Shown: in pieces, positions 1 to 8,752 of the stretch | How the letters are laid out: every line of letters starts with the position of its first letter | How positions within the stretch are numbered: position 1 is the first letter of the stretch | Assembly (NCBI GenBank): GCA_023247255.1 | Contig: JAHFGV010000009.1 | Location: forward strand, 2,773-66,772 | Length of the DNA stretch: 64,000 nucleotides | Direction: 5' to 3' | Source: Candidatus Omnitrophota bacterium | GTDB taxonomy: Bacteria > Omnitrophota > Gorgyraeia > Aquiviventales > Aquiviventaceae | The notes under the pieces: model-generated | What the model saw: only the letters and a program-made list of their open reading frames with translations | Database searches by the model: none | What the model was told of the DNA's origin: nothing | Position numbers and translations under genes: made by a program

Positions 1-901
1 GAAGAGCCATTTGCCTGCGTTTGGCTTCAATCCACGCTACCAGACGTTCCGGTTCGATGAACAGAAGCATCATCGGTGGGAACAAAAAAAGGAAGATGGT
101 CGGCACATGAAGGGTCAGCCATAACATGATCTGGAAGAGGATTCCAAGCCCAATTCCGAAGAGTCGGGTGCGTTGCACAAACCACAATATCGGTATCGTC
201 ATTTCAAATGCTAGCAGGGTGATTCCTAGTCCATAGCACAATCCAGGATGCTCACCGAGCCACGCGCGTAAGGGAAAATCCCGCACCACCCCGATTGCAG
301 GATAATGAATCAAGGTGTAGTAAGGATTCCCCGTCAACCAGTTACCCCCACCGGTTATTTTGCTGAGTGCGGTATACACGAAGGTCCAAGCCAATTGAAG
401 CTGGAGCATGCGTTGGATGAAGATGGGGCGTAGACGCCGGTGGGCTTGTGTGTCCGTGCGCCGCAAGCTGTCCAAAGACAAGAAATCCCCATGATAGTTC
501 GTGACACTCATCAGAAAAAGGCTCACCAGCAAGATGTCGAAGCTCAACGTCCCGATATGGTAGTCATTGAGCGCGTAAAAGTAATAGCAAACCAACGTCA
601 TCAGGATACAGCTAATCTGCGACCATAGGCCAAGCGTAAACAGTGTGAGGGTGACGTAGAAAGCCACGACGAATAATCCCACTACCCAATCAGGGCTAGC
701 TTCCACAACCCGCAGTATTGCTATGGGAAAGAAAGAAAAATTCTTGGTTTTAAAAGCGCTGGACAAGTAATTCTCATCCAGACGAAGCAGGGAAGGGATG
801 ACGTGTGCCCCTACGGTGAAGGCCATGGCCAGTCGAAACAAAGACAGACTGATGGATGGCCGTTCCACCAGGAAAGCCCGATGCCAAAGGGTGCGGATCA
901 T
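1..901 (-). CDS. integral membrane protein, partial (C-terminus beyond window start); HTTM/vitamin-K-gamma-carboxylase-like fold suspected
   Basis: Reverse-strand frame open from ATG (complement 899-901) to the window edge. My translation begins MIRTLWHRAFLVERPSISLSLFRLAMAFTVGAHVIP and is multi-TM hydrophobic. The N-terminal W-x-R-x-F...SLxLFRxxxxF pattern resembles HTTM-domain proteins. Not in the ORF track because there is no stop inside the window. Confidence 0.5.
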   Translation of the reverse strand, partial: MIRTLWHRAFLVERPSISLSLFRLAMAFTVGAHVIPSLLRLDENYLSSAFKTKNFSFFPIAILRVVEASPDWVVGLFVVAFYVTLTLFTLGLWSQISCILMTLVCYYFYALNDYHIGTLSFDILLVSLFLMSVTNYHGDFLSLDSLRRTDTQAHRRLRPIFIQRMLQLQLAWTFVYTALSKITGGGNWLTGNPYYTLIHYPAIGVVRDFPLRAWLGEHPGLCYGLGITLLAFEMTIPILWFVQRTRLFGIGLGILFQIMLWLTLHVPTIFLFLFPPMMLLFIEPERLVAWIEAKRRQMAL

Positions 902-1139
902 CTGTACTCCATTTCAAAACCCACGGTATTGCGGGTTTCAGATTTTAGATTAGGCCTATGCACTTCACGCAACTCGCAAGCGGCTCGCTCAACATGTGCA
1001 TGAGGCAAGGTGGCGTCAAGTGCATAGGCCTATTTTAGATTGTGGATGAGCTCGTCAATCACGAGGTGCACCCCGTCTTGAGGTTTTCCGGCCTGTGATA
1101 AGGAAAGCCTTGCCGTCCGTCTCCATGCCGCAGGTGGAA

Positions 1140-1580
1140 TTAGATTCCGTACAGATCGATTCTTCCGATGAATACTCGAACAATCTCGGCCGGTGCAGAG
1201 ATGGTCAGCGGAAGATGCGCATCCACCCATGCTCTCGGCACGATGAACATCAGACGCGTGCCCTCACGCTGGAAATAGGCATGCTGCCATGTGTTGAGCA
1301 TCGCTTCGGCCTCATCAGGAAATAGGCCGTTAGCAACAAGGGCCTCTCGGAGCGACCCACGCAGTCGTCCGACGTTTTCGGCGCTCAGGGTCTGATCAGG
1401 AAAGTCCGCTGAGACTTCTGCTAAGACCGCTTCTGGGTCGGCGGTGAGCGTCAAGGCTCCAAGTTCCTTGAAGGCTAACCGACCATTCGGACCCACCCGC
1501 ACTAGCCACACGCTTGGGAGCGTCAATCCAGCCCCAGAAGAATCCGTTGGACTCAGCAAGGTCACTTGCCGGGTCTGCAT
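1140..1580 (-). CDS. hypothetical protein
   Basis: 146-aa ORF co-oriented and closely spaced with neighbours; no recognisable motif. Confidence 0.35.
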   Translation of the reverse strand: MQTRQVTLLSPTDSSGAGLTLPSVWLVRVGPNGRLAFKELGALTLTADPEAVLAEVSADFPDQTLSAENVGRLRGSLREALVANGLFPDEAEAMLNTWQHAYFQREGTRLMFIVPRAWVDAHLPLTISAPAEIVRVFIGRIDLYGI

Positions 1581-1625
1581 GGTGTGTTTGGTTCGTAACA
1601 GCGAGTTAAGGTGTGCGACACCGCG

Positions 1626-2153
1626 CTAGAACAGGTAGCGTTCGCTCTCCCCGTTGTGGGCACGGACGTCAACGGCCTGAACTTGTCTTGGCGCCGTCCA
1701 TTGCACGTGATCCGTCTTTGGTCCAGGCCACGGGCCTCCCAGCGAGAGATTCCACCATTGGAGTTTGCCCACTGTCCGTTCTGAGAGCTCCGTCGTCTCT
1801 GCTCGTTCTGCGCCTTTGGATTGGTGGAATCGGATGCCCTCGTAGGAGGTGTTCGCATCGGGGTAGAACTCATTCAGGAGGCCGCCTCGAAATTCCACGC
1901 TCACGTTGACTGGCTGCGTCTGATCGAACGAGGCCGAGGGATGGAAGTACAGCACCGGGGTCTCAAGCCGCATGGTAACACTCTCGTTGCGATTGGTTGG
2001 ATGAAGCCCTTTATCGACGTCCCTTAACACGTCATCTTTGATGCGGTGGACAAAATCGGGAACGGCTTCCGTGGCTTCGATGACATTCATACCGCCAGCG
2101 ACAAACCCGTTATTGTAGTGTTGGCTGGTGATCGTGCCCCATTCATGGATCAC
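1626..2153 (-). CDS. hypothetical secreted protein. The N-terminal signal-peptide exon-like segment (complement 2178-2276) lies upstream in frame, separated only by TGA at 2175-2177.
   Basis: GTG-start ORF in the track. Upstream in the same frame reads MNIRNRLRSVEENPQWLSVLFTVAAVLSTPTQA-TGA-AQDEPSLVIHEWG, a canonical signal peptide with an AXA cleavage site. Confidence 0.4.
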   Translation of the reverse strand: MIHEWGTITSQHYNNGFVAGGMNVIEATEAVPDFVHRIKDDVLRDVDKGLHPTNRNESVTMRLETPVLYFHPSASFDQTQPVNVSVEFRGGLLNEFYPDANTSYEGIRFHQSKGAERAETTELSERTVGKLQWWNLSLGGPWPGPKTDHVQWTAPRQVQAVDVRAHNGESERYLF

Positions 2154-2473
2154 GAGCGATGGCTCGTCCTGCGCTCATGCCTGAGTTGGCGTCGACAGAA
2201 CGGCTGCGACTGTAAACAAAACGCTCAGCCACTGCGGATTCTCTTCGACACTCCTCAGCCGATTCCTTATGTTCATGAGTACCCTCCGGTTTTCATCCTC
2301 AGCGTGTTAGCTCCCCGAGCGTTCGAGGGGCTGGGAACAGTCGCCAGGCGTTGGCGTGGCGTCTGATAGTCCAGCGATTCATGGAGCCGCTCCGCTTCAT
2401 ACCAGATGCGGTAGAGCTGCCAGGCGACCTGGCCCTCGGCCAGCATCGAGGAGTTACTGTTTTCCGCAGCCTG

Positions 2474-2932
2474 CTAATAGTCACAACGATACGCGAGTTG
2501 CCGGCGAACGTCATCCGGACTCTCGATGAGGTCCGGATACTGGGCGTACACTACTGCAAACGATTTGAAGGATGGAAACTTCCAATTCAAATAACGGCAG
2601 AATCTGGGAGCGTCTTCGTTCGAGAGCACACCGATAAGAACGTTACGCCGAATGTTATCGTAGCCGATAGCGCGGGTAGGAAAAATCTCATGAGGATCCA
2701 AGGGAATACCGGTGTTGTCTCTGATTCCATAAACCTCTGCGAATCCATAAGACTTTCCCACGTGAAAGAACATGATCCAACCTGCCGGAGGAAATAAAAG
2801 AGGTATTCTGGGTAGTTCGCGTTTAAAAAATGGACTGAGATAATTGAGCCGAAAAGTCTGGTAATGGAACACGAGCGTCCAGAGGATGACAAACAGGGTA
2901 ATAACCCTATGCCGCAATCGAAGGGTTACCAT
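2474..2932 (-). CDS. hypothetical N-terminally membrane-anchored protein
   Basis: 152-aa ORF with one N-terminal hydrophobic helix (ITLFVILWTLVF); last gene of the minus-strand block before the 450-bp divergent intergenic region. Confidence 0.4.
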   Translation of the reverse strand: MVTLRLRHRVITLFVILWTLVFHYQTFRLNYLSPFFKRELPRIPLLFPPAGWIMFFHVGKSYGFAEVYGIRDNTGIPLDPHEIFPTRAIGYDNIRRNVLIGVLSNEDAPRFCRYLNWKFPSFKSFAVVYAQYPDLIESPDDVRRQLAYRCDY

Positions 2933-3476
2933 AGCAAAGAGTATACTCCTTTGCCTGTTCCTGAGTTATTCCTATTATTGCGCTAGAAACTTGATACCGC
3001 CTCTTGTAATCTGTTCTCCCACGCCCCACGTCTCCCGCCCCCTGCCCCTGTCTTTAATTCCCCTTGCCTCTAGTTTTAACTCCCTCGCCCCGTGCACTCA
3101 CGCCTTAAGCGAAGACGAGTTTCTCGGCATTCTATTAGGCTTAAGGGATGTGGAACCGGATACTGTTGTCGTATTCCAGATAAGTGTTGATTTTATCAGA
3201 CAGCTTTCAGAGAAGATTTAAGAGAAGAAAGCCATTAACAGACTGAGGAAGAACCCTTAACCCTGAACCGACTGGTATTTTTCAGCATCCTGTTAGTGCT
3301 CAATCCTCATCCCAAAGATCTTCCATGCTTTTCACGGGTTAGTTTTTTAACCCATCTGTTTTCAAGTAGTTATACATCAAGAAATGTATTTATTAAGTTT
3401 CTTGTCTGAGTTCTGGTACGTAACCTGCTTACATAGACTGTCACAGACTGTCCTAGTAGAAGGAGGCTATAGAAGT

Positions 3477-3659
3477 ATGCTCGATGGTCGGCTTACAATT
3501 ACAGAAGTAGCACAACAGCTAGGGGTTACGCCAAAGACAATCATGCGCTGGGAAAAATCAGGAAAGATCAAGCGGGCTAAGCGGGATTGGAAAGGTTGGC
3601 GGATTTACTCCCATGAAGAACTCCAAGAGATGAAGAGTTTTGTCGAAACAGTTTATTAA
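3477..3659 (+). CDS. small helix-turn-helix DNA-binding protein (MerR/excisionase-type HTH)
   Basis: MLDGRLTITEVAQQLGVTPKTIMRWEKSGKIKRAK... is a typical HTH. GGAGG lies 9 nt upstream of this ATG, so the track start at 3384 is probably too early. First gene of the plus-strand EPS operon. Confidence 0.55.
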   Translation: MLDGRLTITEVAQQLGVTPKTIMRWEKSGKIKRAKRDWKGWRIYSHEELQEMKSFVETVY

Positions 3660-3673
3660 AAAGTGAGGAAGCT

Positions 3674-4612
3674 ATGATCAAACATCGCTTATGGTTACGC
3701 TTGTTAGAGGCATCCTGTGGGCTGTTGTTGGTTACGGTCACAAACGCCCCGGTTTCAGCCGAGCAGGACGAAAATCCACTCTATCCATCCAATTCTGATC
3801 AATCGAAGAGTGCCTCATCTACCACTACCTCCGGGCCCATTATTGGCTACAAACCTATTCCCGAAAGCGCGCTGAGCGTGGTCATCCCTGCAAATGCTCA
3901 GGTTGCTGCATCTTCGAGTCCTGCGACGCCGCAGCTTAGGAGTTCTGTAGCAGCGGTAACTTCCGCATCCACCGTCCAGCCGAGTCCAAGCGTTTCCCCA
4001 TTGCCAGTGGTTTATCAGACTGGCGTGGTGGGAGAGGGGTTTTACACATTGGGCCGCGATGACGTGATCCGGATCGGCGTCCAGAACCAGCCGGAGTTTT
4101 CCGGAGATTTCATGATCGGATTTGATGGGCGCATTCAGTACAACTACCTGGGCGATATTCCCATTGCGGGAATGACGAAGTACGAAGTGAAACAAGTGCT
4201 GGAGCAATTGCTCGAGCAATACGTCCGTGTTCCGGTGGTAAACATCATGATTGTCGCCTATAACTCGAAAGTCGTCTATGTCATTGGCGAGGTGCACCAG
4301 CCGGGGAAGTTCATCATGCGGGGTGACCAAATCAAGTTGCGTGAGGCGATTCTGGCGGCTGGCCTTCCCAACAGCCGGGCAGCCCTGCAACGGGTTCATG
4401 TGATCCAACCCGATTTGGAGAAGCCACGCGTGCGCGTCATCAACGTTAAAAGAATTCTCTACAAGGGTAATCTCAAGTATGACATTGATCTGAGTGCCGG
4501 GGAGATTGTTGTTGTGCCATCCACCGTGCTCAGCAAGGTGAACGATTTTCTGGCGGCGCTACTGAGTCCTGTGACCCGGGCCGCATCGGTGGCTGCCCTG
4601 GCGGCTATGTGA
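3674..4612 (+). CDS. polysaccharide export outer-membrane protein, Wza/EpsE-like (Poly_export + SLBB)
   Basis: Signal peptide, Ser/Thr/Pro-rich linker, then YTLGRDDVIRIGV...GDIPIAGMTKYEVKQ...VYVIGEVHQPGKF characteristic of Wza-family exporters. Confidence 0.8.
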   Translation: MIKHRLWLRLLEASCGLLLVTVTNAPVSAEQDENPLYPSNSDQSKSASSTTTSGPIIGYKPIPESALSVVIPANAQVAASSSPATPQLRSSVAAVTSASTVQPSPSVSPLPVVYQTGVVGEGFYTLGRDDVIRIGVQNQPEFSGDFMIGFDGRIQYNYLGDIPIAGMTKYEVKQVLEQLLEQYVRVPVVNIMIVAYNSKVVYVIGEVHQPGKFIMRGDQIKLREAILAAGLPNSRAALQRVHVIQPDLEKPRVRVINVKRILYKGNLKYDIDLSAGEIVVVPSTVLSKVNDFLAALLSPVTRAASVAALAAM

Positions 4613-4723
4613 CAGGGGATGTGAGGGAGGGTTAGCGGGTCGGCGAGTGAGCGCGTTAGCCCGTTAACACGCAAACGCGACAACTCGCTCACACGCAAAC
4701 CTACTGACTCGTAAACCACTCTG

Positions 4724-6262
4724 TTGTTTATTGCTGAGGAGATGATGGTTCAAACTGAGACGTCAATTGGCTGGCAGGATTATCTGACGATCGTCTTTCG
4801 TCGTCGGTGGTACTTCCTGATTCCCTGCGCTCTTATCGTTATAGCGATTCTGATCGTCGGGTTTTTCCTTCCCAAGATCTACCGGGCGGAGACGCTGTTG
4901 CTTGTCGAGGAACGGCAGGTGATGAACCCCCTCATTCAAGGGCTTGTCGTTTCCACATCGGTCGATCAGCGGATGCGTATCCTGCGTGAGGAATTGCTTA
5001 GCTGGACGAGCCTCAGCCGTTTGGTGACGGAACTCGGTTTGGACAAAGGCGTCAAAAGTCCCTTGGCTTTTGAACGTCTCATCAAGCGGCTGCAAAAAGA
5101 CATCACCGTGAAAATGCGCGGGCATGATCTGGTCACCGTTTCCTACGAAGAGCAGAATCCTCACCTTGCCCAGAAATTGGTCAACACCATCACTAACCTC
5201 TATATGGAGCGCAACATCCAATCGCAGAGCACCGAGGCGGAGACGGCGATCAGCTTTATTGAAAAGGAATTGGCGATCTATCGGAAGAAGCTGGAGGATT
5301 CGGAGAAGAACTTGCGGGATTTCAAAGAGCTTTACATCACACAGATGCCGGTGGCGAATGAATTAAATCAACAGATCATTCAACTGGAGATTTTCCTGGC
5401 TGGGCTTTTGGTGGATAACACCGAACAGCATCCCACCGTGGTTCAGACGAAACGGCGCATTCAGGAGCTGAGGGAAAAACGAAACTCCGAAATCCGTCGG
5501 GTGGTCGCTCAAGCGGTCGTGGGGGGTGGGGATTCCGAATTTTATCAGCAGATGGCTCAATCGTTGGAGGATCCGGTTGCCGACGAATCCGCTTTAAGCC
5601 CTACGGTCCGCACGGCACGAGAAGCTTATCGAGCTTGGGTCGAGCGCTTGGACAGTCCCTCGACGATTCCCCAGTCTTCCGTTACGCCTGTGCAAGTCAT
5701 TGCTTCTACCCCTAAAGAAGGGGAGCAGCCTTCGTTCGAAGTGATCGGCGGTAACGGAGCTGCCTCCGTTTCTTTAGGTCCCCGCCAGGAGCAAGAACTG
5801 GCGCGTTTGACCCGTGATTATCAGGTGAACCAGTGGAACTACAACAATCTGTCGCAACGCTTGGAGCGTGCCAAGATTACTCAGAGGCTGGGTGAGTCGG
5901 ATGAAGGCACGAAGTTCAAGGTGCTGGAACCGGCCCGTCTACCGCTTAAACCGATACGCCCGAATTTTATAAAACTCTTTTTCCTCGCGCTCTTTTTGGG
6001 TATGAGTATTGGAGCGGGAGTGGCTTTTATCGCCGAATATCTGGACCAGTCTTTTCAATCTGCGGAAGAACTGGAAGCGGCCTTGGCCGTACCCGTTCTG
6101 GGGAGTATTTCCACCATCGTGACCGAAGGGGATATCGAGGCCAGGCGGACGCGCCTGAAAACGTGGGTGTCTTGGAAGATTCAACGGAAACGATTTCAAG
6201 ATCACGTGGTTAGTCCCATCTGGTCTCGCATCGACCGTGTTCTTGTGCGTTTGGGATTGTAA
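4724..6262 (+). CDS. polysaccharide chain-length determinant (PCP/Wzz/GumC-like), kinase domain not fused
   Basis: Two TM helices (res ~30-50 and ~430-450) flank a long coiled-coil periplasmic region; position between Wza and BY-kinase. Confidence 0.75.
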   Translation: MFIAEEMMVQTETSIGWQDYLTIVFRRRWYFLIPCALIVIAILIVGFFLPKIYRAETLLLVEERQVMNPLIQGLVVSTSVDQRMRILREELLSWTSLSRLVTELGLDKGVKSPLAFERLIKRLQKDITVKMRGHDLVTVSYEEQNPHLAQKLVNTITNLYMERNIQSQSTEAETAISFIEKELAIYRKKLEDSEKNLRDFKELYITQMPVANELNQQIIQLEIFLAGLLVDNTEQHPTVVQTKRRIQELREKRNSEIRRVVAQAVVGGGDSEFYQQMAQSLEDPVADESALSPTVRTAREAYRAWVERLDSPSTIPQSSVTPVQVIASTPKEGEQPSFEVIGGNGAASVSLGPRQEQELARLTRDYQVNQWNYNNLSQRLERAKITQRLGESDEGTKFKVLEPARLPLKPIRPNFIKLFFLALFLGMSIGAGVAFIAEYLDQSFQSAEELEAALAVPVLGSISTIVTEGDIEARRTRLKTWVSWKIQRKRFQDHVVSPIWSRIDRVLVRLGL

Positions 6263-7095
6263 TGCAAATGTACGAATCCTTCTACGGTCTTAAAGAAAAG
6301 CCTTTCAGTATGACGCCGGATCCGCGGTATTTCTATCCTTCGGCTAAGCACCAGGATGCGTTAAACCATATGGTCTACGCGATCCAGGAGCGCCGCGGAT
6401 TTGTCGTCGTCACCGGGGACATCGGTTCCGGCAAAACGACCCTCTCGCGCGTTCTCTTCCAGAAGCTGGATCCGGGCACTCAGACAGCGGTCATACGCAA
6501 CACGCAACTGACGGCCAAGGATTTGGTAGCCATGACGTTAGACGAGTTGGAAATTCCGTATGCCCCCGGCAGAACGAAGATGCAATTGATCGGCCTGTTA
6601 AACGAGTTTCTCATCCAACAGCTTAAGGACAATGCCAACGTCGTGCTTTTGATTGATGAAGCACAAAATCTCAAGCCCGCAGTCTTGGAAGAGGTCCGCA
6701 TGCTTTCCAACCTAGAGACGGAGAGGGAAAAGCTCATTCAGATTATCCTCATGGGTCAGCCGGAGCTTAAATCGACTCTGTGGTTAAAGTCGCTCACGCA
6801 ATTGCGTCAGCGCATTACGCTCCATTATCACCTGGCGCCTTTGGGTCAAGCGGAGATGGCGATTTACATTGGCCATCGGCTTCATGTCGCCGGCGCCAAT
6901 GGATTACCCATCTTCCGCTGTGATACCTTCCCGCAGATCTTTCACCACACTCAAGGGGTTCCCCGTCTCATTAACGCGATATGTGATCGGGCGCTTCTGA
7001 CCGGTTACATCAACGAGACCAAGACCATCGGCTCCGACGTCATTGACGAAGTCGCGCGCGAGCTTCCAGCACTGATGGAGCAACCCACCGCATGA
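6262..7095 (+). CDS. ExeA/GspA-like AAA ATPase (XrtA/PEP-CTERM-locus associated ATPase type)
   Basis: Walker A GDIGSGKTT, Walker B VVLLIDEAQ; N-terminal MQMYESFYGLKEKPF typical of ExeA-like proteins; ATG overlaps the preceding stop. Confidence 0.75.
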   Translation: MQMYESFYGLKEKPFSMTPDPRYFYPSAKHQDALNHMVYAIQERRGFVVVTGDIGSGKTTLSRVLFQKLDPGTQTAVIRNTQLTAKDLVAMTLDELEIPYAPGRTKMQLIGLLNEFLIQQLKDNANVVLLIDEAQNLKPAVLEEVRMLSNLETEREKLIQIILMGQPELKSTLWLKSLTQLRQRITLHYHLAPLGQAEMAIYIGHRLHVAGANGLPIFRCDTFPQIFHHTQGVPRLINAICDRALLTGYINETKTIGSDVIDEVARELPALMEQPTA

Positions 7096-7137
7096 ACGTA
7101 ATAAACGTAACACGTGACATGTTCACGTAACACGTAG

Positions 7138-7477
7138 CGAGGAACAGAAAAATACCCCTGGCTATCGGAAACTCCAGGGGTGGCAAGCTGCCATCGTCTG
7201 GCACATGAGGTTTATCGAGTTACCAGAAACTTCCCCCAAGAAGAACGGTTTGGAATAGTTGCCCAATGTAAGATGGGCTGCGCTTTCTGTGCCTACACAT
7301 TTAGTTGAAGGCCATGCTCGTGCTGGAAAACGAGAGCTGAGACGGTTCGTCGCTATGGCGCTCGGTTCGTTGGCAGAAGTCGAGTATCTCTTAGAACTGG
7401 GCTTTTGCAAAAATAGCCAACGCGTTGACCGAGTGTTGTGTCATTTCCCAAGAGAAGGTAATGAGGATTGTGTCATG
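7138..7477 (+). pseudogene. four-helix-bundle protein (23S rRNA intervening-sequence protein family) pseudogene: no start codon, frameshift near 7265, 3' end interrupted by MITE
   Basis: Frame A (7138-7255) reads ...SETPGVASCHRLAHEVYRVTRNFPQEERFGIVAQ. A second frame (7259-) reads VRWAALSVPTHLVEGHARAGKRELRRFVAMALGSLAEVEYLLELGF. Together these align to the intact paralogue at 9570-9932 (…NTIYKLTSTFPKEESYGLISQMRRAAVSVPVNIAEGYARNHRAELRQFLYVALGSLAELETL). Confidence 0.5.
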
Positions 7478-7586
7478 TTTCATGAGTCATGTGTCATGAA
7501 AAAAGCAGAAAATAAACAGGCATATCAAGCACGGCCAAAGTACGCCTTTTGCTTTCCATGACACATAACACATGACTCATGAAACA
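7469..7586. repeat. MITE-like hairpin repeat, copy 1 (arms built from CATGACACA/TGTGTCATG units around a ~58-bp core)
   Basis: Left arm tgtgtcatgtttcatgagtcatgtgtcatg, right arm catgacacataacacatgactcatgaaaca; core near-identical (1-2 mismatches) to reverse complement of 61338-61396. Confidence 0.55.
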
Positions 7587-7661
7587 GACGTGAGCGCTGC
7601 CACTAATCTCGATGCATTTTGCAAAACCTCTGTCACTTGTTACGTGTTACGGGAGTAACGA

Positions 7662-8582
7662 ATGAGCAAAATCACTCAGGCCCTTGAGAAGGCGGCGCGG
7701 GAGAGGCTCCAGCGCGAGAAGGAACAAGTTACAGTCGCTGCCAAGGAAACCACGATTCCCTTGGCCGCTTCGGCTCTTTCCGATATCGCCTCTGCGGGAG
7801 AGATCCAGATCGATTCCCACATTGTGGGAGCTACCGATTCGCAGTCTCCTATCGCTGAGCAATACCGCATCCTGCGCACTAATCTCCAGTCCTTGCGCTT
7901 TCAGTCGAGTCCAAAGGCCATCGTCATCACAAGCTCCGTGCATGGGGAAGGCAAGTCCGTGACTGCCCTCAATCTGGCCTTGGCTTTTTCCCGTCAAGAA
8001 AATCTCCGCGTAGTGCTCGTCGATGGGGATCTGCGCAAGGGTACGATTTGGAAATGGTTAGGTCTGCCTGAGCGTAGCGACGGTCTTGCGAGTGTGCTGC
8101 AAAGTGGCGGCCAGCTTAACGGTTCATTGGTGCGATTGCATCAGCCACCCCTGACGATTCTTCCGGCTGGTCTTGCTCCGGAACATCCTGCTGAGCTTCT
8201 GGAATCTTCCAGTATGAAGCGGCTGATTGGTACGCTGAAGGCTCAGTTCGACTTGGTTCTGATCGACTCTCCTCCTGTGCTTCCGGTTTCCGATCCCGGT
8301 ATTCTGGCCTCTCAGGTGGACGGGGTGTTGTTCGTTGTTCGAGCCGGCAGGACCCAGCGAAAGACGGTGATACAGGCCCAAAATCTCCTCAAGCAGATGA
8401 AGGCAACCTTCTTGGGTTGTGTCTTGACGCATGTGGAGTACTACCTTCCCGGCTATTACCGCTACTACCAGTATCGGTATGGCTCGAAAGAGCAGACAAG
8501 TGGCAAGGGAGTTAAAGACGGGGGCACGGGGCAAGAGACAGGGGGCGAGGGAAGACAAAAAGTACAAAGGAATACAGGTTAA
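7662..8582 (+). CDS. BY-family protein tyrosine autokinase (CpsD/CapB/Wzc cytoplasmic domain type)
   Basis: P-loop SSVHGEGKSVTALNLA, Walker B LVLIDSPPVL, C-terminal tyrosine cluster YYLPGYYRYYQYRYG. Confidence 0.8.
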   Translation: MSKITQALEKAARERLQREKEQVTVAAKETTIPLAASALSDIASAGEIQIDSHIVGATDSQSPIAEQYRILRTNLQSLRFQSSPKAIVITSSVHGEGKSVTALNLALAFSRQENLRVVLVDGDLRKGTIWKWLGLPERSDGLASVLQSGGQLNGSLVRLHQPPLTILPAGLAPEHPAELLESSSMKRLIGTLKAQFDLVLIDSPPVLPVSDPGILASQVDGVLFVVRAGRTQRKTVIQAQNLLKQMKATFLGCVLTHVEYYLPGYYRYYQYRYGSKEQTSGKGVKDGGTGQETGGEGRQKVQRNTG

Positions 8583-8752
8583 AAGATTACAAGATAAGAG
8601 ATGAAAAATACTAGGACCGGTTTTAAAAAAGGACGGGCGATGTCTAACTTTCAAGATTTGTGGGGATCTCTTATCAGTTCCCCCGCCCCCCGCCTCTCAT
8701 CCCCTGCCCCTAGTTTTGACTCCCTCGCCCCACGTCCCTTGCCCCATACTTT

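Noticed and set aside
2299-2474. Possible read-through of the TAG stop of the 2474-2932 gene into an open 70-codon stretch
   Set aside because: The downstream translation has no recognisable features, and a 70-codon open stretch is expected by chance at this GC content.
3815-4408. Long antisense ORFs inside wza (3815-4408), the GT2–GT4 gene (21749-22312), murF (58049-58414) and many others in the track
   Set aside because: They overlap well-supported genes on the opposite strand, have low-complexity Arg/Pro/Ser-rich translations and no RBS. They are typical spurious ORFs in GC-rich DNA.
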